From FCB group bacterium (GTDB lineage Bacteria; Zixibacteria; MSB-5A5; GN15; JAAZOE01), in assembly GCA_024231695.1 (NCBI GenBank), contig JAAEQF010000118.1:1086-65085 (forward strand): DNA of 64,000 nucleotides. The letters run 5' to 3'. Position 1 is the first letter of the stretch. Each line of letters opens with the position of its first letter. The translations under genes were made by a program, and so were the position numbers. Below the pieces are notes generated by a model. It was not told the origin of the DNA, ran no database searches, and saw nothing but the letters and a program-made list of their open reading frames with translations. This document shows positions 1 to 10,121 of the stretch, piece by piece.

Positions 1-90
1 CCCTATCGAGAACCGGCGTAAATTAAGCAATATCATTGCCGCCAATGGTATATTATGCAGCGCACAATATACCGCGACCGCATGGAGCCA

Positions 91-3000
91 TCAATTGGTA
101 ATCCAGAAGTCGCGGCCATAAAGTCGATAGACCGGCTGCGTGCCCTCGGTAGCCGTAATCATGTCCTCGACTTTTTCGAACTGTGCCTCAGGGCCGATGA
201 TGAAAAAGTTACCACCGGCACTCTCGGACAGTACACCACCATAACCGATCAAAACACTGCCATACACGCGGGGCATGCGTTGATGAAGCAAATCATAGAA
301 ACCTGCCTCGCTGCGCATATTGATGACGTTGCGGCGGAAGTTCCCCACCACTTCCGGAGAGTAGCCGTCGGCCAGATCGGAGGCCATCGATGCTGCCCGG
401 CGCGTGTAACTATTTGATCCGCGATTGCGGCTAAATGCTTGCGCCACGGCATAGTCGGCCAGCTTGGGATCATGCGGTGCCTTCTGCAATTCGCTGACCA
501 CGAAACGCATGGTGGTGGACAGGTCGGGGCAGCGCTCGGCATAATAAATGACCGTACCTCCGGTTTCGCTGTAACGCAAACCGTTTGAATAAGCCAGCCC
601 GGCGCTCCAGGTTTTCATGAACATTGAATGGGCTCCGCCCCCGCCGTACAGTCTGGCCGCCAGGAAATCAAGCAGTTTCTCACGGTCGGTATCATTGATG
701 TCCGCGCAGGCGGCGCTGTAAATAAATACGCCGTTACGCGTATTGGTATTGATCAGACCGACATAGGTGGGATCGCCGATTTCCGCATAACGACTTCGCG
801 CACGATTGAGGATAACCGGTGCATCATCATATACGGCCAGGGCCAGCTCTTTATCGCCCAAGGTGGCGACCAGATCACTGATAGAGTTCCATAGCTCGCC
901 ACGATCGACGGCATTGGAGACCATGTACATGCGGGCTGCCTGTTTATTGCGCAGCAGTCCCAGAATGGTTTCTAAATCACTGAGCACTTTCTCCGGTCGA
1001 AAGAGCAGATCGTTTTTCATCTGACCCAGCAGATAAACCCAATCTTCGGAGGCATTGGCTTCCGGGGCATCCGGCAGGATGGCACTCAGATCGGTCAGGG
1101 CTTCGCTGATCAGATCCTGCGACTCCACGGATACCAGGGTGTAGGCGGAAACAAAATCCTGATAAGCGCCGCTTTCAAAGCGGGTAGGGTCGCCGGTACC
1201 GAAAGAGGAAGCGAACTCCAGCAGGTCATCCCTAACCTGTTCCCGGCCGGCATTGGCCAGTAAGTCAAAGAGGACGCCGACTTCCCGGACAGTCTGTTCG
1301 CCGCCGGCATCGGTCAGGCGCCATTTCAAACGATGCATAAAATGATCCTGAGTCAAGAAGCAATACCCGGCCAGTAGCAGTTTGTCGGTTTGGTGTTTAT
1401 AGCCATTGGCTGGTCCGTTAACCCAGCCTTCTTCGGAACCTTTCATCCGATTGCGCAACCGGGCCAGGCGGCTATCCACCACGTCGCGTAAACGGGGCAG
1501 ATTGGCCTCATCCAGAAGCGGTGAAAACAGACCGGCCTTTAGCCATTCGATGGCCTCGCGGCTTTCGTCAACATTACTTCCGGCGGCAGTGATCAACAGT
1601 TCGACCCGGCCCGTAGTGGGATTGGTCGAGATGCTGCAGCGCAGCGAAAGAATTTCATTTTTCAATCGCCGGCTCAAGTCGGCATAATCTATCCTCTCCC
1701 CGTCCTTGACCACACCAATCTGGCGGATCAACTGCGACAGGAACGGCACATAGATCAATTTATCCTCGGGCACAACGCGCAAGTTCAAGGCCAGCCCGAT
1801 AGTCGATGTGGTCATGCTGTTGAAAGTCGAGGCAACCATCGGAACGGTTTCGGCCAAAGTATCCAGTTTGAAATCCAACTGGGGATCAAACGACATCGGC
1901 GGATTTTCGAGGAATTCCGGCATCTCGATTTTAGCCGCAATAGCATCCAGTTCGTCCGTAGTGCGATCGAAGTCTTCTTTATAACGAGCAATCGCATCGG
2001 CCTCTTCGGTGACACTGTATTTGGTTTTGAGTTCTTCGGCGAAAGCAGCCATGCGCTTATTTTTATTATCGACAGCCGAGGTCAGCATAGTCGGGTCAGC
2101 CGAGCAGCCGATGCCGTATGGTTTGGTGTCCAGCAGACGCCATTGGGCGATGTAGTCGGTCCAGATATTTGTGTTTTCCGCCAGCAGCTTCTGCACAAAG
2201 TTCATTTCTTCATTCTGTAAAACAGATTTGCGAAAACCCGGCTTCTTTTCCAGAATCTTGATCAGCGAATACCAAGCCCCGCCACCGCCACCGCGCAGAC
2301 CAAAACCGGGCGGCGAATTAAGATAATCTTCGTAATCCTTTTTCATTTCCGCCAGACGACTTCTGGCGCGGTTATTGAACTCTTCCAGTTCCGGCGAACC
2401 GGGGCCGTAGGCGGCGATGGTCTTAATTTCATCCTGAATCATGGCCGCCACCGAAACCATTTTTCTCTTGTTGAGATGCTCAACCGCGACATCGGAAAGG
2501 CCGACCCAAATGGCATGTCCGGGATTTTCCTCAACGCTGGTCCAGACGCCGCTGGCCCCGAGATCAATCAGGCGAGTATCGGAATTGATAAAAGCGTTGT
2601 ACAAATTTGAAGTCTGGCTACCGCCAAGGCAATACAGAAAAATATCCAGCAGCATTCTTTCATTGTTGTCATAATCCAGTTGCGGCGGCCAGGCATAAAC
2701 CAGATTGCCCGGTTCCTGCTCGTTTGATCCCGGATAATGTGTCAGTTTAATTTCGCCGGGGGTGGCTGAGGAATTGTACGAAGGGATAACCAATTTCACC
2801 CGTTCGGAGGGCTGGCCTTCCTGATACAACTCGGACAAAATACCGTCGGCTCGTTTCATAAACTCTAGCGGAGGCATATTGTCCGGCAAAGTTGCAATCA
2901 TCCCCATATTGTTGAGTCGGTAGCTGGATTTTTGAAATTTCCAGAGATCGGACGGTTTCATTTCGCGCAAGGCCGGAGGCGTGCCACCGGAATTATTGGA

Positions 3001-3660
3001 CAGGTAATGATCCTCGCCATAAAGCATCTTATCCATGCCGCCATAGAGCCAGTACCAGTGCTTTTCAAAAGTACTAACCATTTCAGTATAAACCGTACCT
3101 TTTTCGTCCAGCGTCAGTTCACCCGTCTCGTTATCCACGGTCACTCCGACATGACAGACTTCACGGCTGATTTCCTCATCGGAGAAATTGGGATACATCA
3201 TGGCATCGAGTTTGGCCTTAAAGAGATCATAAAAAATGTCGTTGCCGCCCTGGGAACTGAATGGATAAGCGGTATAGAGCTGAGAAGTATAGGCAGTACT
3301 CCTTCCCAGCGACATATCCTCCAGCGAGGCCACGTAGCGTCCTTTGTTGCCTTTGCCCAAAAGGAGATGTTCACAGGTGTGCGGTTCGCCCATATCCGAT
3401 TCCGGGGGCGAATTGACCCATAGGAATCCCTGCGGTACCGACTGTATTTCAAACAAATCAAGGGTGAATCCGGTCGGCAGGTGCAAGAAACGAGCTCCAA
3501 AAGCCTCATCCCGGCCATTCAGATAATGGTTCTCGACGACAAAATTATGCATCGAGCCACCTTGAGCAAATGTCTCATACGCTCCTTCAGCCATCGACGT
3601 CGCCGTCAATCCTCCAGCCATTATCATTGTAATGGCGCAAACAAGTCGCATCCTTTTCAT
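91..3660 (-). CDS. Large secreted M16 (pitrilysin/insulinase) family zinc peptidase
   Basis: 1189-aa ORF with an N-terminal signal-like segment (MKRMRLVCAITMIMAGGLTATSMA). Inverted zinc motif HxxEH present as EPHTCEHLLLGKG. Confidence 0.75.
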   Translation of the reverse strand: MKRMRLVCAITMIMAGGLTATSMAEGAYETFAQGGSMHNFVVENHYLNGRDEAFGARFLHLPTGFTLDLFEIQSVPQGFLWVNSPPESDMGEPHTCEHLLLGKGNKGRYVASLEDMSLGRSTAYTSQLYTAYPFSSQGGNDIFYDLFKAKLDAMMYPNFSDEEISREVCHVGVTVDNETGELTLDEKGTVYTEMVSTFEKHWYWLYGGMDKMLYGEDHYLSNNSGGTPPALREMKPSDLWKFQKSSYRLNNMGMIATLPDNMPPLEFMKRADGILSELYQEGQPSERVKLVIPSYNSSATPGEIKLTHYPGSNEQEPGNLVYAWPPQLDYDNNERMLLDIFLYCLGGSQTSNLYNAFINSDTRLIDLGASGVWTSVEENPGHAIWVGLSDVAVEHLNKRKMVSVAAMIQDEIKTIAAYGPGSPELEEFNNRARSRLAEMKKDYEDYLNSPPGFGLRGGGGGAWYSLIKILEKKPGFRKSVLQNEEMNFVQKLLAENTNIWTDYIAQWRLLDTKPYGIGCSADPTMLTSAVDNKNKRMAAFAEELKTKYSVTEEADAIARYKEDFDRTTDELDAIAAKIEMPEFLENPPMSFDPQLDFKLDTLAETVPMVASTFNSMTTSTIGLALNLRVVPEDKLIYVPFLSQLIRQIGVVKDGERIDYADLSRRLKNEILSLRCSISTNPTTGRVELLITAAGSNVDESREAIEWLKAGLFSPLLDEANLPRLRDVVDSRLARLRNRMKGSEEGWVNGPANGYKHQTDKLLLAGYCFLTQDHFMHRLKWRLTDAGGEQTVREVGVLFDLLANAGREQVRDDLLEFASSFGTGDPTRFESGAYQDFVSAYTLVSVESQDLISEALTDLSAILPDAPEANASEDWVYLLGQMKNDLLFRPEKVLSDLETILGLLRNKQAARMYMVSNAVDRGELWNSISDLVATLGDKELALAVYDDAPVILNRARSRYAEIGDPTYVGLINTNTRNGVFIYSAACADINDTDREKLLDFLAARLYGGGGAHSMFMKTWSAGLAYSNGLRYSETGGTVIYYAERCPDLSTTMRFVVSELQKAPHDPKLADYAVAQAFSRNRGSNSYTRRAASMASDLADGYSPEVVGNFRRNVINMRSEAGFYDLLHQRMPRVYGSVLIGYGGVLSESAGGNFFIIGPEAQFEKVEDMITATEGTQPVYRLYGRDFWITN

Positions 3661-3806
3661 GACCCGATGTTCTCCCTTCGGTGTTGTCTATTGCGTAAAT
3701 ATAATATTGGCCTGTTGGTGCGGGCATTTATACTCTTCCTCAGAAGTCGTTGACTCTGAAGATAGTGAGTTTTGCGCTGGAATTCAATTGAAATATTGCA
3801 GGGACT

Positions 3807-4760
3807 TTATTCGTCGTCGGCCGAGGATTTTTTCAGTGGCAGCGAATATACTGCGGTGAGCCGGAGATTATAAGCACTGCCCAACTGCTCTTCGTTGAAA
3901 TGCTGATAGATCGGCATTTCAAAATAGGTCTGCAGACGCAGTTTACCGGGGATGGCCTGATATTGGATTCCCGGCGTCAGCCATAATTGATGGCGGCCGG
4001 TCATGGCAACATCGACTCCGTTCTCAGTGTCCCGCCTCCGAATCATTCCGGAAAGACCGAGCGACAGATCAAGTTTTTCTTTTAAATGAATACTGGCCGA
4101 GGCCAAATAGGAAAACTGGTTGCCGAACTTATAATCGTCATAAGCGCTGGTCAGAATATAAGTTCCCGAGACAAAGAAATCGACGGTTTCGAAACCCTGA
4201 TAATAGGAAAGCGACCAATGATAATCCCATGATCCTGTTCCCGGCTGCAATTCCTGGGGCAAAAGCATGCCCTCATCGGTGGAGCCGGTAGGGATTTTGA
4301 CACCGAGGCCGATTGATATCTCACGGAAGTTGACAAAACTTCGTTTCAGGGGACTGTATCGAACGATGCAGACCATATCTCCGAGTCCTGAGCTTGTCCA
4401 TTCAAAGGGCGTAGGTGATCCCAGATTGTCTTTTGATTTTGCCTTTTGTAAATAAGGCAAAATCAGACTGCCGCTGAATCCGGGCATAAAGCCGTAAGAG
4501 GCGGTTAGAGTCGTTCTTTTCCAATCGGCTTCGGTATTGACCGGATCATCGATTTTGTCCGAGCCGCAATACTTTTCGCGCGCGCATAAGTATTCATAAT
4601 GAAGACCGATTTCCAGCACATGAGGCAGGGCCGTGGTTTCGCCGGCTATACCCTGTTGAGGCACCGCCGGGGCGCAGCAGTTTTGTCCCATAGCGTATTC
4701 GGCAGTACAAATTAAAAGTAGAGCTATGGCAATAAATCTATTTATCATTTCGACTCGCAT
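3807..4760 (-). CDS. Putative outer-membrane beta-barrel protein (MetA/phenol-degradation-like transporter family?)
   Basis: Signal peptide, alternating hydrophobic beta-strand-like pattern, Gly/Tyr/Ser-rich. Family assignment is tentative. Confidence 0.45.
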   Translation of the reverse strand: MRVEMINRFIAIALLLICTAEYAMGQNCCAPAVPQQGIAGETTALPHVLEIGLHYEYLCAREKYCGSDKIDDPVNTEADWKRTTLTASYGFMPGFSGSLILPYLQKAKSKDNLGSPTPFEWTSSGLGDMVCIVRYSPLKRSFVNFREISIGLGVKIPTGSTDEGMLLPQELQPGTGSWDYHWSLSYYQGFETVDFFVSGTYILTSAYDDYKFGNQFSYLASASIHLKEKLDLSLGLSGMIRRRDTENGVDVAMTGRHQLWLTPGIQYQAIPGKLRLQTYFEMPIYQHFNEEQLGSAYNLRLTAVYSLPLKKSSADDE

Positions 4761-5147
4761 TTATGGAGTAACCCAGACTTTGATGCTGTCACGGGCTTCG
4801 CCGCCGCGATTATCGCTGACGATAGCATGCACCCAAGTCGACTTCGGAATATGTACAATACAACAATTAGTCAGCGTCAGTGTGTTGCCGCTGGGTGTAC
4901 CGGCAAAGCCCGATGAATCCGTAACCCAATTATATTGCAGGTTATCGCCATCGGGATCGCTGGCTGTAACGGTAATAAGCGAACTGTAATCAGCCACAAA
5001 AGTATCCGGCTCGGCGGTTAGTGATTCGATGATCGGCGCCTGATTGTTGGGATCAACGATATTATCGTCATCATCACCGCAACCGATCCAGACAATCAAG
5101 CCGATGAATAAAAGTAATATATATGGCAATTTTAGGGACGGTATCAT
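4761..5147 (-). CDS. Lipoprotein with Ig-like/PKD-like domain
   Basis: Start moved to the internal Met (MIPSLKLPYILLLFIGLIVWIGCG, lipobox IGC). TASDPDGDNLQYNW resembles PKD/cadherin-like folds. Abuts the barrel gene. Confidence 0.5.
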   Translation of the reverse strand: MIPSLKLPYILLLFIGLIVWIGCGDDDDNIVDPNNQAPIIESLTAEPDTFVADYSSLITVTASDPDGDNLQYNWVTDSSGFAGTPSGNTLTLTNCCIVHIPKSTWVHAIVSDNRGGEARDSIKVWVTP

Positions 5148-5172
5148 CAGCACCTTCTTTTCATAGGCTAGC

Positions 5173-5892
5173 CTATTTTTCCAGTTCAATCGGGACGGTC
5201 ACGATGGTCGTATCCGCTCCGATAAATCCAAAAGTGATTGATCCCCCCTTGAAATCTTTATCCACCGGCAAAGCAGTAGCATTGATAAGTAATTCTTCTT
5301 TCGCATCATGAACAATATCCCGAGGCAAATCGATACTTTGTACCAGTTCTCCCGAAGAATGAAGGACGACAACCTTCAGCGTATCCGGCCCGGAATTGAA
5401 AAATTCCAGTGTTGTAGAAGAATCGGATATTTTGCCGTCTTTTACTTCCCACTGCAACTTCTGAGGTGTAATCGATATGTTTTCAGGAGATTCTTTCTTT
5501 TTATAAACGTAGGCCTTGAGCCAGATGCTGTATATCTGCTGTTGTGATTCGCTAATGAAAATCTGTGTAGCTTTTTTGGTGCGTTTATGGTATCGGCCCG
5601 ATTTGAAGAGGATATCAATCGCCGCGCTGTCACCGGGAGCGATAGGATGATTAATCTGAGATACGCTGGTGCAAGAACACCCGGCTTTGATTCGATCCAC
5701 CGGCAGAGAATCCGAACCGGTATTTATCAAATAGAACCGTTGGCCGACCTCCGACTTCTGAGGTAAAAAGCCGAAATCCCATGATCGCGGCCGGATGGTG
5801 ACATTGTCGTCCTGAGCCGACGCCGGAGATAACAAACCGGCCAAGACCAAAGCAACTATCATCGAGATTGGAATTCTTTTTATTGAAGCCAT
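5173..5892 (-). CDS. DUF1573-like exported protein (Cys form, CxC motif)
   Basis: Start at the internal Met, preceded by GGAGAA. Signal peptide MASIKRIPISMIVALVLAGLLSPASA. Module WDFGFLPQKSEVGQRFYLINTGSDSLPVDRIKAGCSCTSV...PGDSAAIDILF matches my recollection of DUF1573. Confidence 0.7.
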   Translation of the reverse strand: MASIKRIPISMIVALVLAGLLSPASAQDDNVTIRPRSWDFGFLPQKSEVGQRFYLINTGSDSLPVDRIKAGCSCTSVSQINHPIAPGDSAAIDILFKSGRYHKRTKKATQIFISESQQQIYSIWLKAYVYKKKESPENISITPQKLQWEVKDGKISDSSTTLEFFNSGPDTLKVVVLHSSGELVQSIDLPRDIVHDAKEELLINATALPVDKDFKGGSITFGFIGADTTIVTVPIELEK

Positions 5893-6095
5893 CGCTTCTC
5901 CGGGCTGAGATATTCGGGCAATCCGAGTACTTTCGGAAATATATTGGACAAATTGAGCCACGGCAAGGGAATTGTTGAGGTGTTAATTCCGATTGACAAA
6001 AGTGGGAAAACAGCTACTTTATAATTATAAGTGCTTATTCCAACATTCGACGGACTTCGTTATTGGCTAATTCATTTATCAATTCAGGCGGAGTT

Positions 6096-6935
6096 ATGCA
6101 TTTGAAGATATTATTACTGGTAGCGGCCCTCTGTTTTTTCGGCGGTTTAGTTGCGGCCGAAAACGGCCTGGACCTCAAAGTCAGAATTGGCGATGAACTC
6201 GATGTTGATACTATCTGGGTCGGTTCCGAAGCCAGTTTCGATTTTTATTTCGAGAACAGCCTTGAACTGGTTGGGTTCGTAACCTATTTCCGGATTTATT
6301 CCCCGGACGAACTGGTCACCTGGACTTGGAAAGAAGGCCCTTACCGTATAGATTCGCCGGCCGACACGATCTGGAGTTACGCCACGGTGGAAGAGGGATC
6401 GCGCATGGATCTTCCCGATGTGATTTGGGACTATTATGGTCTGGGGTTAACGCAATTAAGTTTTGACGGCCTCTCACCCGATACCATTATCCTGGCCGGA
6501 GCGTCCGCCGAGACGCCACATATGAACACCGGTCCAATGGAACATAATATAACAATGCGCTTTCAGGCCTCCGGGCTATCACCGGGCGAGGTCGGCACAA
6601 TATGTGTCGATACTACGCGCAGTGGCTGAGGCTGTAACGGCCTGGTCGCCGTGGGCGACTTAACAATTGTACCGGAAGCATGGGAAATCGGCGCTAAATG
6701 CTGGCCGGTGAAAGTTTATCCGATAATGTGCGGAGATGCCAACGGCGATGGTTCAATCAATGTCGGCGATGCCGTCTTTGTCATTAATTATGTTTTTAAG
6801 AGTGGACCACCATCGGCACCGCTCTGTAGCGCCAATACTAATGGCGACAGCTCGGTCAATGTCGGCGATGCGGTATATCTGATCAATTACGTTTTCAAAA
6901 ACGGTCCACCGGCAGTTATACCCTGCTGTCCCTGA
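6096..6935 (+). CDS. Secreted protein with C-terminal dockerin-like repeats, read through an in-frame TGA at 6627-6629 (candidate selenoprotein)
   Basis: ORFs 6063..6629 and 6651..6935 share a frame and are separated only by TGA plus sense codons. ATG at 6096 follows AGGCGGAG. Signal peptide MHLKILLLVAALCFFGGLVAAE. Two NGDGSINVGDAVxxINYVFKxGPP repeats. Context is ..TTRSG-TGA-GCNG. Confidence 0.5.
6645..6659 (+). promoter_or_regulatory. Candidate bacterial SECIS-like hairpin
   Basis: GTCGCC-GTG-GGCGAC gives 6 Watson-Crick bp, extendable by G6644-U6660. It starts 16 nt after the TGA, and the loop G lies 24 nt from the U of UGA. Confidence 0.35.
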
Positions 6936-6950
6936 GGTGGGCGGTAACGC

Positions 6951-8162
6951 TTATTGCCGGAAAATGATCGACTCGCGTTCGAACCACGTTTTGCAGAAAA
7001 ACAGCGACAACACGGCCAGAACGGCATTGGCCAAGACCGCGACAAATACAAAATTCCAGGCAATCGACCCGGCGATGGCATCCTTGAGAATCAGGGTGGC
7101 GTTGACCACCGGGATTAAAGCCATCTGATAATTAATCTCCACTCCCGGTAAAAACGAAATAATGGCCGGCAGGATAATTACCATATTAAGCGCAGTAACG
7201 TAACTCTGGGCTTCTTTGAAAGTCCGGGCAAAAATCGATACGGACAGGAGAACGCCGGCAAAAATCCCGCCCAGCGGAATGATTATCAGAAGAATCAAGA
7301 TAATCGTCGGTAAATCGAAGGAGATGGCCATCATCTGACCCAATTCGCGGACGAATTCCCCGACCATATAACTGACCGAAAAAGCCATACTGACCAGCGA
7401 AAGCAAAGCGGCCACGATTCCGGTGACCAGAATGACAAGATATTTGCCGACCACGAATTCGCCGCGCGTAGCCGGTGAAACCAGCAGAGTTTCCAGTGTC
7501 CCTCGTTCCTTTTCTCCGGCAGCCAGATCAATAGCCGGGTACATGGCGCCCATGAAGCACATGATGATTATCACGTAAGGCAGCATCGGCCCCATTGTTT
7601 TACCGATCATTTTTTCCGGAGGGCTGACATTTTGACTATTAACTTCAAAGGGGGAAATATAATCGGGCGTGAGTCCCAGCTCGTTTAAGCGGGCTTCAAC
7701 TAGCAGACCGTCATAGGCGGCAAGCATTTCCTCGACTTTTTCAAAACCGATTTCCGATTTCATTTCCGCTTTATCATAGAATACATCCAGTACGGCCGAA
7801 CTTTTTTCCTCCAGAGCGGCGGCAAAGCCTTCAGGGACAGTGACCAGCACCTGATAGTCGCCTCGTTTGAGCGCCTCGGTCAGGGTCGTATCGAAATCAG
7901 CCGCTGTTTTCAGATTCAGCGCCGGAGCGCGTTCGAACATACCGCGCAAATCCTCGGGCAGGTTATCCATGCCGGTGACTACCACGGCCGATTTTTCCTC
8001 ATACAGTTTGCTGATCTGGCTGGCCATGAGCGAGGACATGCCCATCATCAATAGTGGGATAGCGGCCATGGGAATAAGCAGCATAAAAACAAGGGTGCGC
8101 CGATCACGGAGGGTATCGATCATTTCTTTCTTAAATACTGTATTGATATTGCGAAATCGCAC
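6951..8162 (-). CDS. ABC-2 type transporter permease (NatB-like)
   Basis: 403 aa. One N-terminal TM, a large extracytoplasmic loop, then a cluster of C-terminal TM helices. Immediately downstream of an ABC ATPase. Confidence 0.75.
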   Translation of the reverse strand: MRFRNINTVFKKEMIDTLRDRRTLVFMLLIPMAAIPLLMMGMSSLMASQISKLYEEKSAVVVTGMDNLPEDLRGMFERAPALNLKTAADFDTTLTEALKRGDYQVLVTVPEGFAAALEEKSSAVLDVFYDKAEMKSEIGFEKVEEMLAAYDGLLVEARLNELGLTPDYISPFEVNSQNVSPPEKMIGKTMGPMLPYVIIIMCFMGAMYPAIDLAAGEKERGTLETLLVSPATRGEFVVGKYLVILVTGIVAALLSLVSMAFSVSYMVGEFVRELGQMMAISFDLPTIILILLIIIPLGGIFAGVLLSVSIFARTFKEAQSYVTALNMVIILPAIISFLPGVEINYQMALIPVVNATLILKDAIAGSIAWNFVFVAVLANAVLAVLSLFFCKTWFERESIIFRQ

Positions 8163-8164
8163 GA

Positions 8165-8896
8165 TTATTCCTCCACGATCTTGATGAAAGCGTCTTCAAG
8201 ATTATCGGTTCCAGCCTTGGCCAGTATTTCCGCCACTGTCCCTTCCGCATACATGCGGCCCTGATGAATGATTCCGATCCGGTCACACAACCGCCTTGCT
8301 TCGGACATGATATGGGTCGAGAATATAACCGTCTTTCCCTCTGCCCGGCAGGTTTTGATGAATTCGACAATCGTCCGCGAACTCATGACGTCGAGCCCGG
8401 TGGTCGGTTCGTCGAAAACCATGGCCTGCGGATCATGCACAACCGAGCGGGCGATGGAAACTTTTTGCTTCATTCCGGTGGAAAGGGTGTCATTGCGGGA
8501 ATCGGCGAACTTGCCCATATCAAGCATCTGGAAAAGTTTTTCGGTGCGCTCTTTCAAAACCTCCGGGGTCATACCATACAAACGCCCGAAATACCGAACC
8601 ATTTCACGCGGCGACAGTCGGCCATACAACCCGGTATTGCCGGAAAGAAAGCCGATCTGGGAGCGGATTTTTTGCGGATCGGCGGCCACTTCGATATCGT
8701 TGATAGTAGCCGTTCCTGAAGTCGGTTTAAGAGCAGTGGAGAGCATGCGCAAGGTCGTCGTTTTGCCCGCGCCATTAGGCCCCAAAAGGCCATAGACCTC
8801 CCCCGGCTGACAGGTAAACGAGACTTTATCGACGGCAATGATTTTACCCCGTTTTTTGTCTTTGAATATTTTGGTCAGTTCTTTGGCCTGTATCAT
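8165..8896 (-). CDS. ABC transporter ATP-binding protein (NatA-like)
   Basis: Walker [10 protein letters not shown], signature LSTGMKQK, Walker [12 protein letters not shown]. Confidence 0.9.
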   Translation of the reverse strand: MIQAKELTKIFKDKKRGKIIAVDKVSFTCQPGEVYGLLGPNGAGKTTTLRMLSTALKPTSGTATINDIEVAADPQKIRSQIGFLSGNTGLYGRLSPREMVRYFGRLYGMTPEVLKERTEKLFQMLDMGKFADSRNDTLSTGMKQKVSIARSVVHDPQAMVFDEPTTGLDVMSSRTIVEFIKTCRAEGKTVIFSTHIMSEARRLCDRIGIIHQGRMYAEGTVAEILAKAGTDNLEDAFIKIVEE

Positions 8897-9085
8897 CTTG
8901 CTTTGAATCTCCCTGCCAGTTCAATAGTAAGTGATTTAAATCGCTGTAAAAATACAAGTTGGAAATCCCGGTGACAAGTTTTTTTACAGTACGATCTCTC
9001 TGTTAAAAAGATTCGCCAATTTTATATATTAGGAAAGGGTTGCTGAACGTTATTATACAGGAGACACTCACGGGAGGAATATAAA

Positions 9086-9505
9086 TTGATCGCGGAAACC
9101 CATATGGGTCTATCCTCGCTTTTCCTGGCCGACCTGCTTCTGGCCATTCACTTTGTTTGGGCTGCCTGGATGATCGCCGGGATACTTCTGGCTTTACTTG
9201 GTTTTTTAAAACCAAGCCTTTGGCGCTGGAAAAAGTTCCGCATCACTCATCTGGCCGGTCTGATCGGTACGGCCAGCGTTCCTTTCTGGTCAGACGGCCT
9301 TTGCCCCCTGACGATCTGGGAATATAACCTGCGAGTCGCCGCCGGAACACCGGGCGTTCCGGCTCAACCGGCTTCGTTTATTATTCATTGGATGCGGGAG
9401 ATTTTGTTTGTCGATGTCGATCCGCTGATATTGTCGATAATTACCGGAGCATTGGCTCTGGCCACAGTGATAATCTTTATTCTTCGTCCGCCCTGGCGGG
9501 TGTGA
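9086..9505 (+). CDS. DUF2784-like membrane protein
   Basis: Four hydrophobic segments. The CPLTIWEYNLRVAAG motif recalls DUF2784. Confidence 0.55.
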   Translation: MIAETHMGLSSLFLADLLLAIHFVWAAWMIAGILLALLGFLKPSLWRWKKFRITHLAGLIGTASVPFWSDGLCPLTIWEYNLRVAAGTPGVPAQPASFIIHWMREILFVDVDPLILSIITGALALATVIIFILRPPWRV

Positions 9506-9585
9506 TAACGTCGGGTTTCTCACTCAGATCCTTACGGATCTTCGTTCGGAACGCCGACCTACAACAGATCATTTTACAGTAAAAA

Positions 9586-10116
9586 TCAGACCGTTTCGCT
9601 GTCGTAATCGACCAAGGCCATAATGTCGTAACCGGTCAGCCGGTCGCGGCCTTTGAGAAATGATAGTTCAATAAAGACGGCAATTCCGGCTACCTCTCCC
9701 CCCAGTTTTTCGATCAACCGACAAGTAGCTTTGAGGGTGCCGCCGGTAGCCAGCAGGTCGTCGAGAACGGCCACGCTGTCGCCTGAGGTTATGGCATCGG
9801 TATGAATTTCAAGGCTGTCGGTGCCGTATTCGAGAGCATACTCTTCACTGATCGTCGTAAAGGGCAGTTTCCCCTTCTTGCGTACCGGAATCAGAGGGAT
9901 ATTCAAACGATCAGCCAGCGCTCCACCCAAAAGAAAACCGCGCGAATCGATGGCGACAATTTTGTTGACTTTTTTTGTTCTCAAGTACTTTTCAATGGCG
10001 TCATAGGCCTCGCATAGAGCCTCGGGGTCGGCCAGCAAAGTGGTGATATCGCGAAAAATGATTCCCGGTTTGGGAAAATCGGGAAGGGAACGGATTACTG
10101 TTTTTAGATCTCTCAT
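9586..10116 (-). CDS. apt: Adenine phosphoribosyltransferase
   Basis: FPKPGIIFRDITTLL and the PRPP-binding VAVLDDLLATGGT motif. 176 aa. Ends with a TGA stop. Confidence 0.9.
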   Translation of the reverse strand: MRDLKTVIRSLPDFPKPGIIFRDITTLLADPEALCEAYDAIEKYLRTKKVNKIVAIDSRGFLLGGALADRLNIPLIPVRKKGKLPFTTISEEYALEYGTDSLEIHTDAITSGDSVAVLDDLLATGGTLKATCRLIEKLGGEVAGIAVFIELSFLKGRDRLTGYDIMALVDYDSETV

Positions 10117-10121
10117 GATGA

